Assembly (NCBI GenBank): GCA_944375905.1
Contig: CALWAS010000009.1
Location: forward strand, 64,078 to 128,077
Source: an uncultured Bacilli bacterium
GTDB taxonomy: Bacteria; Bacillota_I; Bacilli_A; RFN20; CAG-826
Length of the DNA: 64,000 nucleotides
Direction: 5' to 3'
Below are positions 54,489-64,000 of this stretch, piece by piece. The notes under the pieces are model-generated. The model was given only the letters and a program-made list of their open reading frames with translations. It was not told where the DNA came from and searched no databases. Position numbers and translations under genes: made by a program. Position 1 is the first letter of the stretch. Every line of letters starts with the position of its first letter.

Positions 54489-57071
54489 TCAGTCGAGGGA
54501 AGAGAGCCGATTCTCTACCGAGGAGAGCTTGCTCTCGTTATCGAGGAGCTTGGCTTTCTCGAGCTCGACCTTCTCCTTGGGGGCCTTCTTGAGGAAGCCT
54601 TCGTTGGAGAGGATCTTCTTTCCGCGGGCGACTTCCGAAAGGAGATGCTCCCTTTCTCCCATCAACCGCTTCTTGAGCTCGGCTTTGTCGATCTCTTCCT
54701 CGATGAAGAGCTCATAGCCGCCCGGGTAGGCGAAACTCGTCGCCTTCTTCTCCGGGGTTCCTTCCGCCACCTTGCTAGCGAAAAGGAAGCGGCTGAGGAA
54801 GGCGTCGATGCCCTTGAAGGGGAAGGACGGGGCGACGTGGAGGATCACCTTCGCGTTCGGTTCGAGGGAATTCTCGCTCTTGTAGTTGCGGACGTCCCTG
54901 ATCATCGCGCGGAGGATTCCCGCCTTCTTCTCGCTTTCATAGTCGACATAAGAACGAGGGAGGCTCGGATAGGTCTCGACGTTGAGCGACTCGAGGTGTC
55001 CGGGAAGGGAGAGGTAGATTTCCTCGCTTACGAAGGGAGCGTATGGATAGATCATCTTCACGATCGACATGAGGACGTGGTAAAGGACGTTCTTCGTCTT
55101 CTCCGCTTCCTCGCCGCCCGCTAAGAGAATGACCTTGCTCATCTCGAGATAATCCCCGCAGAAGTCGTCGTAAACGAAAGAATAAAGGGCACTCGAGGCC
55201 GCCCCGAACTCGTAGCGTTCCATCTTGGACTCGACTTTCCTGATGAGGCGGGCGAGCTTCGAGAGGATCGCGCGGTCGAGGGTCGATAGCCCGCGCCTCG
55301 AAAGCGGCTTCGGCTCGAAGCCTTCTCCGATCGTCATCTCGACGTAGCGGGCCGCGTTCCATATCTTGTTGAGGTAGCTCCTCGCCGCGGCGATCTTTTC
55401 CTCGTTGTAGCGCATGTCGAGGCCCGGGGAGGAAGAGGTCGTGATGTAGTAACGGAGGGCATCGACGCCGTATTTGGCGATGATGTCCATCGGGTCGACG
55501 CCGTTCCCGGCGCTCTTCGACATCTTCTTGCCCTGCGGGTCGCGGACGAGGCCGTGGATGAGGACGTCCCTGAACGGAACTTCCTTGGTGAAATGGAGGG
55601 ATTGGAAGACCATCCTCGAGACCCAGAAGAAGATGATGTCGTAGCCGGTGACGAGGAGGGATGTCGGGAAATAACGCTCGAAATCCGGCGTTTTCTCCGG
55701 CCAGCCGAGCGTGGCGAAAGGCCAAAGGGCCGAGGAGAACCAAGTATCGAGGACGTCTTCGTCCTGGACGTACTTATTCATGTCGGGCTCCGTCTCGGAG
55801 ACCAGGACCTCGCCGGTTTCCTTGTCGTAGTAGGCCGGGATCCGGTGGCCCCACCAAAGCTGGCGGGAGACGCACCAGTCGTCGGCTTCCTTCATCCAGC
55901 GGACGAGCACCTTCTCAAAGCGAGTCGGGTGGAAATGGATCTTGTCCTTGCTCTCCATCATCTTGAGCACCGCCTCGGCAAGGGGGCGCATCTTCACGAA
56001 CCACTGCTTCGAGAGCATCGGCTCGACGACGGCTCCCGAGCGCTCGGAGTGCCCGACGCTATGGACGATCTTCTCGATCTTCACGAGGAGCCCCTTGCTT
56101 CTTATGTCCGCGACGAGGGCCTTACGGCACTCGTAGCGGTCCATTCCGGCATATTTCCCGCAATCGGCGGTCATATGGGCGGTCTCGTCGAGGATCGTCT
56201 TGAAGGGAAGACCGTACTTCTTGGCCAAATTGAAGTCGTTGGGGTCGTGGGAGGGGGTGCACTTCATCGCGCCCGTCCCGAAGGAAATGTCGACGTAGCG
56301 GTCGGCCATGATCGGGAGTTTCTCCCCGTTGGCCGGGTTGACGCACATCTTGCCCACGTAATCCTTGAAACGGGGATCCTTCGGGTTCACGAAGACGGCC
56401 GCGTCCCCGAACATCGTCTCCGGACGGGTCGTCGCGACGATCAAGGGATCCATTCCCTCGACCGGGTAGGAGAAATAGAAGAACTCGCCTTCGTCGTCGC
56501 TATGGACGACTTCGATGTTGGAAAGGGCGGTCCTCAATTCCGGGTCCCAGTTGATGATCCTTTCCCCGCGGTAGATGAGCCCTTCGTTGTAGAGGGTGAC
56601 GAAAACGCGCTTGACGGCCTTTTGGAGGCCTTCGTCGAGAGTGAACCTCTCGCGGCTGTAGTCGACCGAAAGGCCCAAGGAGGCCCACTGCCTATGGATG
56701 GTCGCGGCGTATTCTTCCTTCCACTGATAGGCGATCTCGAGGAATTTCTCGCGCCCGAGGTCGTAACGGGAAATGCCCTGCTTTCGGAGCCGCTCCTCGA
56801 CTTTGGCCTGGGTGGCGATTCCGGCGTGGTCGACGCCCGGGACCCAGACGACGTCGTAGCCCTTCATCCTCTTGTAGCGGGCGACGATGTCGTCGGGAAT
56901 GGTGTCCATCGCGTGGCCGAGGTGGAGCTTGCCCGTCACGTTGGGCGGCGGGATGACGAGGGAAAAGGGTGGCTTGCTCTTATCCTGCCCGCCTTTGAAG
57001 TAGCCCTTATCGACCCACTCCTTATAGCGATCCTTCTCGACGAGAAGATGGTCATAACGCTTATCTAGCAT
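54489..57071 (-). CDS. valS: Valine--tRNA ligase
   Basis: I take ATG 57071 (MLDKRYDH...), with GGAGGA 7 nt upstream. HIGH motif PNVTGKLHLGHA, KMSKS motif KMSKS, and a C-terminal coiled coil. 860 aa. Confidence 0.92.
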   Translation of the reverse strand: MLDKRYDHLLVEKDRYKEWVDKGYFKGGQDKSKPPFSLVIPPPNVTGKLHLGHAMDTIPDDIVARYKRMKGYDVVWVPGVDHAGIATQAKVEERLRKQGISRYDLGREKFLEIAYQWKEEYAATIHRQWASLGLSVDYSRERFTLDEGLQKAVKRVFVTLYNEGLIYRGERIINWDPELRTALSNIEVVHSDDEGEFFYFSYPVEGMDPLIVATTRPETMFGDAAVFVNPKDPRFKDYVGKMCVNPANGEKLPIMADRYVDISFGTGAMKCTPSHDPNDFNLAKKYGLPFKTILDETAHMTADCGKYAGMDRYECRKALVADIRSKGLLVKIEKIVHSVGHSERSGAVVEPMLSKQWFVKMRPLAEAVLKMMESKDKIHFHPTRFEKVLVRWMKEADDWCVSRQLWWGHRIPAYYDKETGEVLVSETEPDMNKYVQDEDVLDTWFSSALWPFATLGWPEKTPDFERYFPTSLLVTGYDIIFFWVSRMVFQSLHFTKEVPFRDVLIHGLVRDPQGKKMSKSAGNGVDPMDIIAKYGVDALRYYITTSSSPGLDMRYNEEKIAAARSYLNKIWNAARYVEMTIGEGFEPKPLSRRGLSTLDRAILSKLARLIRKVESKMERYEFGAASSALYSFVYDDFCGDYLEMSKVILLAGGEEAEKTKNVLYHVLMSIVKMIYPYAPFVSEEIYLSLPGHLESLNVETYPSLPRSYVDYESEKKAGILRAMIRDVRNYKSENSLEPNAKVILHVAPSFPFKGIDAFLSRFLFASKVAEGTPEKKATSFAYPGGYELFIEEEIDKAELKKRLMGEREHLLSEVARGKKILSNEGFLKKAPKEKVELEKAKLLDNESKLSSVENRLSSLD

Positions 57072-57093
57072 CTTCTTCCTCCTGCCGGCAAAG

Positions 57094-57290
57094 AAAAACC
57101 CCGGCCTTGGTTCCTCGGGGACGCTTCCGCGCGGTACCACCCCGATTCCCCCGCTGGGGGCGCTTCGTTTTCTTTTTTTGTCTCGGGAGCGACTCGGCCC
57201 TTCCCTCCCCGCTGCCCTTTCAGCCTCGAGGCAGCTCTCTATGGGGGCGAAGCGGGCTTCCCTCTCCGTCTTTGACGGTCGCTATTATAG
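57094..57290 (-). promoter_or_regulatory. T-box riboswitch leader of valS (probable GUC Val specifier) with terminator
   Basis: The - strand carries the conserved T-box AATCGGGGTGGTACCGCG (57130..57147). The Stem I distal motif is AGAGAGCTGCC...GGCTGAAAGGGCAGC. A GTC triplet sits at the 3' side of the putative specifier loop. A CCCCG...CGGGG hairpin plus T5 lies just before the RBS. An upstream TTGACC-N19-TATAAT is present. Confidence 0.8.
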
Positions 57291-57330
57291 CGCCCCCCGC
57301 TAGAGGATGGTCAAACCAAGATGAGGAAAA

Positions 57331-57351
57331 GGGGAAAGGGGAAAGGGGAAA
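57331..57351. repeat. Tandem GGGGAAA x3
   Basis: Three perfect 7-bp units lie directly upstream of the putative valS -35 element. Confidence 0.9.
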
Positions 57352-57911
57352 GCGACAAGGGAAGCGAAGGCTGCGACGATCGAGGCTCCCTCGAGAAAGA
57401 GAAGGAGAAGGCCTTCCACCCTTGAGACCGGAAACAGGGGTCGCAATAAGAAGGAGGGCGAACGAAAGCCCGACGAAGAAGGCGGCTAACAAGGCGGCCA
57501 AAAGCGAGGTTTCACATTAGTAAATCAAAGCAGAGCCAAAGAAGTTGAAGAAATAGAGCGCGTCGTGGCAAGGAAGAAGGAGCAAGTAGAAAGAGAATGG
57601 AGGCTAGAGCAAACCAGGCGCGTTGCCGCTTCCTTCTATTCAGAGGCAATTTGTCCCTACCATCCAATCAAAAGCCCTCGAAATAATCATCTTGGAGATG
57701 AAATGCCGTGTCCCCAATTGCAATGAGCGCCAGCGCTTCGAGTTATTAGCAATGAATCGATAGTGCCCTCAGCATGGACCGTAGGCGAACTAACCCCGGT
57801 ACAAGAACTCCTAGTCAACGACCGCTCAGCAAACGCAAAGGCGTCCTCGGCTAAACGATATGGGCGCGAAAGACAAATCGTTTGGAAACCGGCTGATCAA
57901 AGTCCCGTCTG

Positions 57912-59006
57912 TTATTTACTCGTGTAAAGAGAAACCCCGATGTCCCGTTCGAAGGGGGAGATCCCGCCGTGATGGCCCTTAAATCCCCCGTCGTCCTTCT
58001 TGTGGCAGGTATCGATGAAGAGCTCATCGCCCTGCGGAATCGCGATGAAATCCCCGAGGAGAGAGGGGAATAAAGGCGAGGCCTCGCCAACCCCGAAATA
58101 CGTCGATTCGAGCATTTCCTGCCGGGAATAAAGGGGGATTTCCGGGTAGTATTTGGCAAAAAGCTCCTCAAAAACACTCTCTTTTCCCTCGTTTACGAAA
58201 AAGGCGGCCGTCCGTCCCTCGATGGAAATCCCCCGGCTAAGGAGGCCGCACAAATCAGGATGGGCGGCGATATCGAACTCTTCGATGTCGATGAGCCCAT
58301 GGTCGGCAATGACGAGAAGAGCCTCCTCTTCCTTTAGCCCCGCGGCAAACGCGTCCACTTCCTTATCGAGCTCAACGATGGTCCGTTCAACGATGGGCGA
58401 GTTAAGCCCCTCGTCGTGGATCGCGTGGTCGGGGTCGGTCCAGTAGACATAGACAAAGGAGGAACGGACAAAGGCCGCCTTGGCTTTCTCCATAAGGGAA
58501 GGAAAGTCGATGGGGCCGGACTTATCGACCGGATAGGGATAGACGATCTCCGCAGGAAAGCCTGCCTTGTTGATCTTATCGACGATCGACTCATAAAGCG
58601 GAAGGAACTTCCGTTCCGGGCAACTCTTGTCCGCGGCTTTGAGGCCGGTGAAACTCAGATAATTGTCGTCGGGAAAGGCACTCGTCCAGCCAAGATACCC
58701 ATTCTCTTTGGGATACTGATTGGATAGAAAGGCCGTCGTCGCGGCTACCGTCGTCGGGGGATAGACCGAATGGATCATCCCGATTTCGTGGGCGATCAAA
58801 GAAGCCGCCGCACCCGGAAAGACCCTCCTCACGTGGTAGCCAAGACCATCGAGGAGAAGGACCATGACCTTCTTTTTTTCCTGCAAAACACCATTAATCA
58901 ATTCAATTCTTGGGTGTTTTGACGCAATTCCAAAGAAAGAAAGGAGGCTCGAAGAAAGATTCACCAAGGTATCGCGGTCTTCGATGGACGGGATCTTCGG
59001 CTTCAT
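57912..59006 (-). CDS. Alkaline-phosphatase-superfamily protein (nucleotide pyrophosphatase/phosphodiesterase-like)
   Basis: 364 aa. VLLLDGLGY and SVYPPTTVAATTAF (metal/nucleophile region), and later VIADHG, typical of type I phosphodiesterase / AP-superfamily enzymes. Confidence 0.6.
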   Translation of the reverse strand: MKPKIPSIEDRDTLVNLSSSLLSFFGIASKHPRIELINGVLQEKKKVMVLLLDGLGYHVRRVFPGAAASLIAHEIGMIHSVYPPTTVAATTAFLSNQYPKENGYLGWTSAFPDDNYLSFTGLKAADKSCPERKFLPLYESIVDKINKAGFPAEIVYPYPVDKSGPIDFPSLMEKAKAAFVRSSFVYVYWTDPDHAIHDEGLNSPIVERTIVELDKEVDAFAAGLKEEEALLVIADHGLIDIEEFDIAAHPDLCGLLSRGISIEGRTAAFFVNEGKESVFEELFAKYYPEIPLYSRQEMLESTYFGVGEASPLFPSLLGDFIAIPQGDELFIDTCHKKDDGGFKGHHGGISPFERDIGVSLYTSK

Positions 59007-59015
59007 GGGAAATGC

Positions 59016-59579
59016 CTACTTTAGGAAGGAAGCGACGAGGGCGCGTAGAGGCGCGGCCCCTTCCTTGGGCGGAGAGAAGACGATCTTGGTCGCCTTGATG
59101 TCGCCGAGCTGCCGGCTCGCGAGGGCTTTCTCGCTTTGCTTGGCCCGGTCGCTTTTGGTAAAGACCACCGCATAGGGGACGTCGTCCTCCTCGAGGAGGG
59201 AAAGCATCGCCCGGTCGTCCTCGCTCATCTTCCGCCGGACGTCGAGAAGAAGAAGGGCCCCGGCGGCCCGGCCGCTTGAAAAGTAGTCCTCCATCATCGA
59301 GGCGAACATCGTGTCGAGCCCGGTCCCGTAAGCCGTATAGCCATAGCCTGGTGCATCGACCAGATAGAAGGAATTATCAATCAAAAAGTAATTGAGGGTC
59401 TTCGTCTTGCCAGCCGTCTTGGAGGAATAGGCGAGCCCCTGCCCCAAAAGGGCATTGATGAGGGTGCTTTTCCCGACATTGGACCGGCCTAGCAACACAA
59501 TCTCTTTCTTCCCGTCCTTCGGGCAGCCTTCAAGGGAGGCGCTCGAGAGGACGAACTTGGCTTTCCTGAAATCAATCAT
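59016..59579 (-). CDS. engB: Ribosome-biogenesis GTPase EngB/YsxC
   Basis: 187 aa. G1 GRSNVGKSTLINAL, G3 DAPGYG, G4 TKSD. The lon-ysxC adjacency is as in Bacillus. Confidence 0.88.
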   Translation of the reverse strand: MIDFRKAKFVLSSASLEGCPKDGKKEIVLLGRSNVGKSTLINALLGQGLAYSSKTAGKTKTLNYFLIDNSFYLVDAPGYGYTAYGTGLDTMFASMMEDYFSSGRAAGALLLLDVRRKMSEDDRAMLSLLEEDDVPYAVVFTKSDRAKQSEKALASRQLGDIKATKIVFSPPKEGAAPLRALVASFLK

Positions 59580-59621
59580 TGAAGGAAGTTTATCATCTTT
59601 AGCGTCTCGACCATAAGGGAT

Positions 59622-59647
59622 AAAAAAGCCCCCGGTCGCCCGGGGGC
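59622..59647 (-). terminator. Rho-independent terminator after lon
   Basis: GCCCCCGG-GCGA-CCGGGGGC (- strand) followed by T6. Confidence 0.8.
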
Positions 59648-59659
59648 TCGGGATGAAGC

Positions 59660-62011
<2,352 letters not shown>

Positions 62012-62063
62012 CGATAGGGTTCCTCCTTTAGAGCAAAAGACTCGCCGGGTTTCCGGCTTCGTC

Positions 62064-62091
62064 ATTATAGGATGAGGGTTAGCACTGTCAA
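62064..62091 (-). promoter_or_regulatory. Consensus sigma-A promoter of lon
   Basis: The - strand reads TTGACA (62091..62086), a 16-nt spacer, then TATAAT (62069..62064). Confidence 0.7.
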
Positions 62092-62105
62092 CTCTTAAGT
62101 GCTAA
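62079..62105. promoter_or_regulatory. CIRCE element (HrcA operator) overlapping the lon -35
   Basis: TTAGCACTG-N9-AAGTGCTAA against the consensus TTAGCACTC-N9-GAGTGCTAA. 8 of 9 positions pair in the inverted repeat. Confidence 0.8.
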
Positions 62106-62126
62106 AAAGGGGAGGAGAACCTCCCC
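62104..62126 (-). terminator. Rho-independent terminator after tig
   Basis: GGGGAGG-TTCT-CCTCCCC (- strand) followed by T5, abutting the CIRCE element. Confidence 0.8.
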
Positions 62127-62149
62127 CGTCTACGCCTTTGAAGGACGGC

Positions 62150-63439
62150 TTAGCGGCACTTCTCGAGGAGAAGGCTGCGGATCTTGCCGGCCAGGATGTC
62201 GTCCTTGTACTGGGCAAGGCGCGGCTCGATGACCCGGCGGACGTCCTCTTCCTTCATCCGGTACTGCTTGGCGAGCTCCTTGATGCGCTCGTCGACGTCC
62301 TTGTCCTCGACCTTGAGGGCTTCCTTCTCGGCCACCTTGGCCTCGACGAGATAGCGCTTGAGGTCCTTCTCGCCTTGGGCGCGGAGTTCCTTCCTCACGT
62401 CTTCGTCCTTCTTGCCGAGGAGCTGCAGGTACTGCTCGTAAGTGAGTCCCTGGCGCTCGATGTTGGACTGGAGGTTCTTGAGCAGGCGTTCTTCCTCGGA
62501 CTTGAGGATCTCTTCGTCGATGGCGAACTTGGAGAGGGCGACGATCTTCTCGATGATCTCGCCATAGCGCTTGTTCTCGGCCTCCGCGAGTTTCTTCTTG
62601 AGGAGCTCTTCCTTCTCGTGGGCGCGGAGGGCGGCTTCGTCGTTCACGCCTTCGATGTGGAGGCCCTTGATGGTGCTCTCGTCAAGAGCGGGGATCTTCT
62701 TTTCCTTGACCTCGTGGACCTTCGTCTTGAAGGTGGCCTTCTTGCCGGCGAGATCCTTGACGTAGTTCTCCGGGAAGGTCACTTCGATTGAGCGTTCCTC
62801 GCCCGCCTTCACGCCTTCCATGGCCTCTTCGAAGCCCGGGACGAACTGGTGCGAGCCGAGTTCGAGCTCATAGCCGTCGGCCTTGCCGCCGTCGAAGGGA
62901 ACGAGGTTGCCCTTCTCATCGGGGAGGAAGCCTTCGAAGTCGAAGACGATGGTATCGCCCTTCTTGGCCTCGCGCTCGACGACGGCGAGTTCGGCCTCGC
63001 CTTCGAGGAGCCCCTTGATGGCCGCGTCGACTTCTTCCTCGTTTACCGCCGGGGCTTCGGCCGGGACCTTGACGGAGAGATAGTCGCCTTCCTCGATCGA
63101 GGGGACGAGAACGAGGTCGAAGGTGAATTCGAGGTCGTCGTCGGAGAGCTTGGTCACGCTGGCCTGAGGCTGGAGGGCAACCCGGAAGTCGGCGTTCTCG
63201 AGGGCGAAGCGAAGGGCTTCGGGGAGAAGCTTCTGGATGGCTTCGTTGTAAATGTCGGCCGGGCGGACATGCTCGCGGAGGAGGGCCTCCGGGGCCTTGC
63301 CGGCGCGGAAGCCCTTGATGGTGACCTTGCTGGCCAATTTGTGGAAGGCCTTGTTCTGCTCTGCCTTCCAGCTTTCCTTGTCGACGTCAACCGTCGCCTT
63401 GCGCCTCGTTTCCGAGACGACATCGATCTTGCGTTCCAT
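62150..63439 (-). CDS. tig: Trigger factor
   Basis: I take ATG 63439 (MERKIDVV...), with GAAGAAGG upstream; the track start is a TTG. It has the ribosome-binding motif GFRAGKAP, an FKBP-like middle domain and a C-terminal arm domain. Confidence 0.9.
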   Translation of the reverse strand: MERKIDVVSETRRKATVDVDKESWKAEQNKAFHKLASKVTIKGFRAGKAPEALLREHVRPADIYNEAIQKLLPEALRFALENADFRVALQPQASVTKLSDDDLEFTFDLVLVPSIEEGDYLSVKVPAEAPAVNEEEVDAAIKGLLEGEAELAVVEREAKKGDTIVFDFEGFLPDEKGNLVPFDGGKADGYELELGSHQFVPGFEEAMEGVKAGEERSIEVTFPENYVKDLAGKKATFKTKVHEVKEKKIPALDESTIKGLHIEGVNDEAALRAHEKEELLKKKLAEAENKRYGEIIEKIVALSKFAIDEEILKSEEERLLKNLQSNIERQGLTYEQYLQLLGKKDEDVRKELRAQGEKDLKRYLVEAKVAEKEALKVEDKDVDERIKELAKQYRMKEEDVRRVIEPRLAQYKDDILAGKIRSLLLEKCR

Positions 63440-63523
63440 TGATGTACCTTCTTCTATCACTTTCAAAAGAGGCGGAAATTCCGCCGCCGGGGCTAATCTT
63501 AGTGCAAATCCCTCTTGGAGGGA

Positions 63524-63555
63524 AGAAAAAGGCTCCCCTTGGTGCGGGGAGCCCT
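63524..63555 (-). terminator. Rho-independent terminator after the small lipoprotein gene
   Basis: GGGCTCCCC-GCACCAA-GGGGAGCC (- strand) followed by T5. Confidence 0.75.
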
Positions 63556-63569
63556 TATTCGATGAAGGC

Positions 63570-63837
63570 CTATTGGACGTTGGGAATCTCGACTTCGCTC
63601 GTGCCGATCGAAGTTATAGCGGCCGTGAAAGTCTTTCCTGATAAGCCGTCTGCCGGTTCCCATCCGCATCCTGAAGATAGCCGACGGCGCCACAGGTGCC
63701 CGATATCGTCATCTCGAGCTTCTCCTCGTCGAAATCGATGAGTTGGAAGAAGAAGCGCTCGAGGTGTCTCCGTTCGGCGCGCACGAGGCGAGGCCGAGCA
63801 AGAGGGCGCCCAACAACGGCAATTTGTTTTTTACCAT
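63570..63837 (-). pseudogene. Small lipoprotein gene that needs two frame changes to be read through
   Basis: Frame A from ATG 63837: MVKNKLPLLGALLLGLASCAPNGDTSSASSS..., stopping after 42 codons. Frame B continues with QLIDFDEEKLEMTISGTCGAVGYLQDADGNRQTAYQ. Frame C continues with GKTFTAAITSIGTSEVEIPNVQ and stops 14 nt before the terminator. Confidence 0.45.
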
Positions 63838-63936
63838 GAGAAAAGTCTTCTACTAGCATACGAGGGCCCTAGACCGGCATTATCAAGACAATTGTTTTAA
63901 AAAATGGATAAGGCTTGTCAAGGGGCCTAATGGCAA

Positions 63937-63997
63937 TATTCTAGGCAATCCGAAAACCTCCGTTCCCTAGATTTCGTCTTTCGGATTGCCTAGAATA
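63937..63997. repeat. Perfect 19-bp inverted repeat with a 23-nt spacer at the window edge
   Basis: TATTCTAGGCAATCCGAAA (63937..63955) and TTTCGGATTGCCTAGAATA (63979..63997). The left arm begins at a candidate + strand -10 (TTGTCA-N16-TATTCT). Confidence 0.85.
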
Positions 63998-64000
63998 CTA

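Noticed and set aside
57331-57351. GGGGAAA x3 considered as a possible CRISPR or minisatellite.
   Set aside because: It has only three 7-bp units with no spacers, far too short for a CRISPR array. It is kept only as a simple repeat feature.

Overview
64 kb chromosomal segment, roughly 55-60% G+C by eye (not computed). Gene content and order are Bacillota-like. The block tig-lon-engB-valS-radC-rplU-prp-rpmA-obg-ruvAB-secDF-recJ-rel-hisS-aspS is collinear with the Bacillus subtilis order as I recall it, but lacks mreBCD/minCD, spo0B and apt. The window holds ten lipobox lipoproteins, an L27 propeptide plus Prp protease, a NadD-YqeK fusion and a CIRCE element on lon, which together point to a reduced, possibly wall-less Bacilli/Mollicutes-type organism using the standard genetic code. 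Genes run on the + strand from 432 to 8130 (parE, parC, yqeG, yqeH, nadD-yqeK, rsfS). Every gene from 8708 to the window end is on the - strand. The convergence point is a 577-bp AT-rich gap that carries a near-canonical 28-bp dif site, so the window probably spans the replication terminus. The main accessory block is a ~16 kb alpha-glucan (starch/pullulan/maltodextrin) utilisation island at 36.3-52.3 kb, sitting between obg and rpmA. It encodes three GH13 lipoproteins, a MalEFG-type ABC importer whose MalF carries a ~500-aa extra soluble domain, and two non-catalytic lipoproteins built from repeated carbohydrate-binding-like modules. LacI/cre-type palindromes lie in front of its two promoters. 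Three lipoprotein genes appear interrupted by frameshifts, one in an A8 tract right after the start codon, while all housekeeping genes are intact. Other regulatory elements are a Val T-box leader on valS, a consensus promoter overlapped by CIRCE on lon, and phased A-tracts upstream of secDF. I found no rRNA, tRNA, CRISPR array, transposase or recognisable defence system. Many long ORFs in the track are antisense artefacts of the high G+C content.
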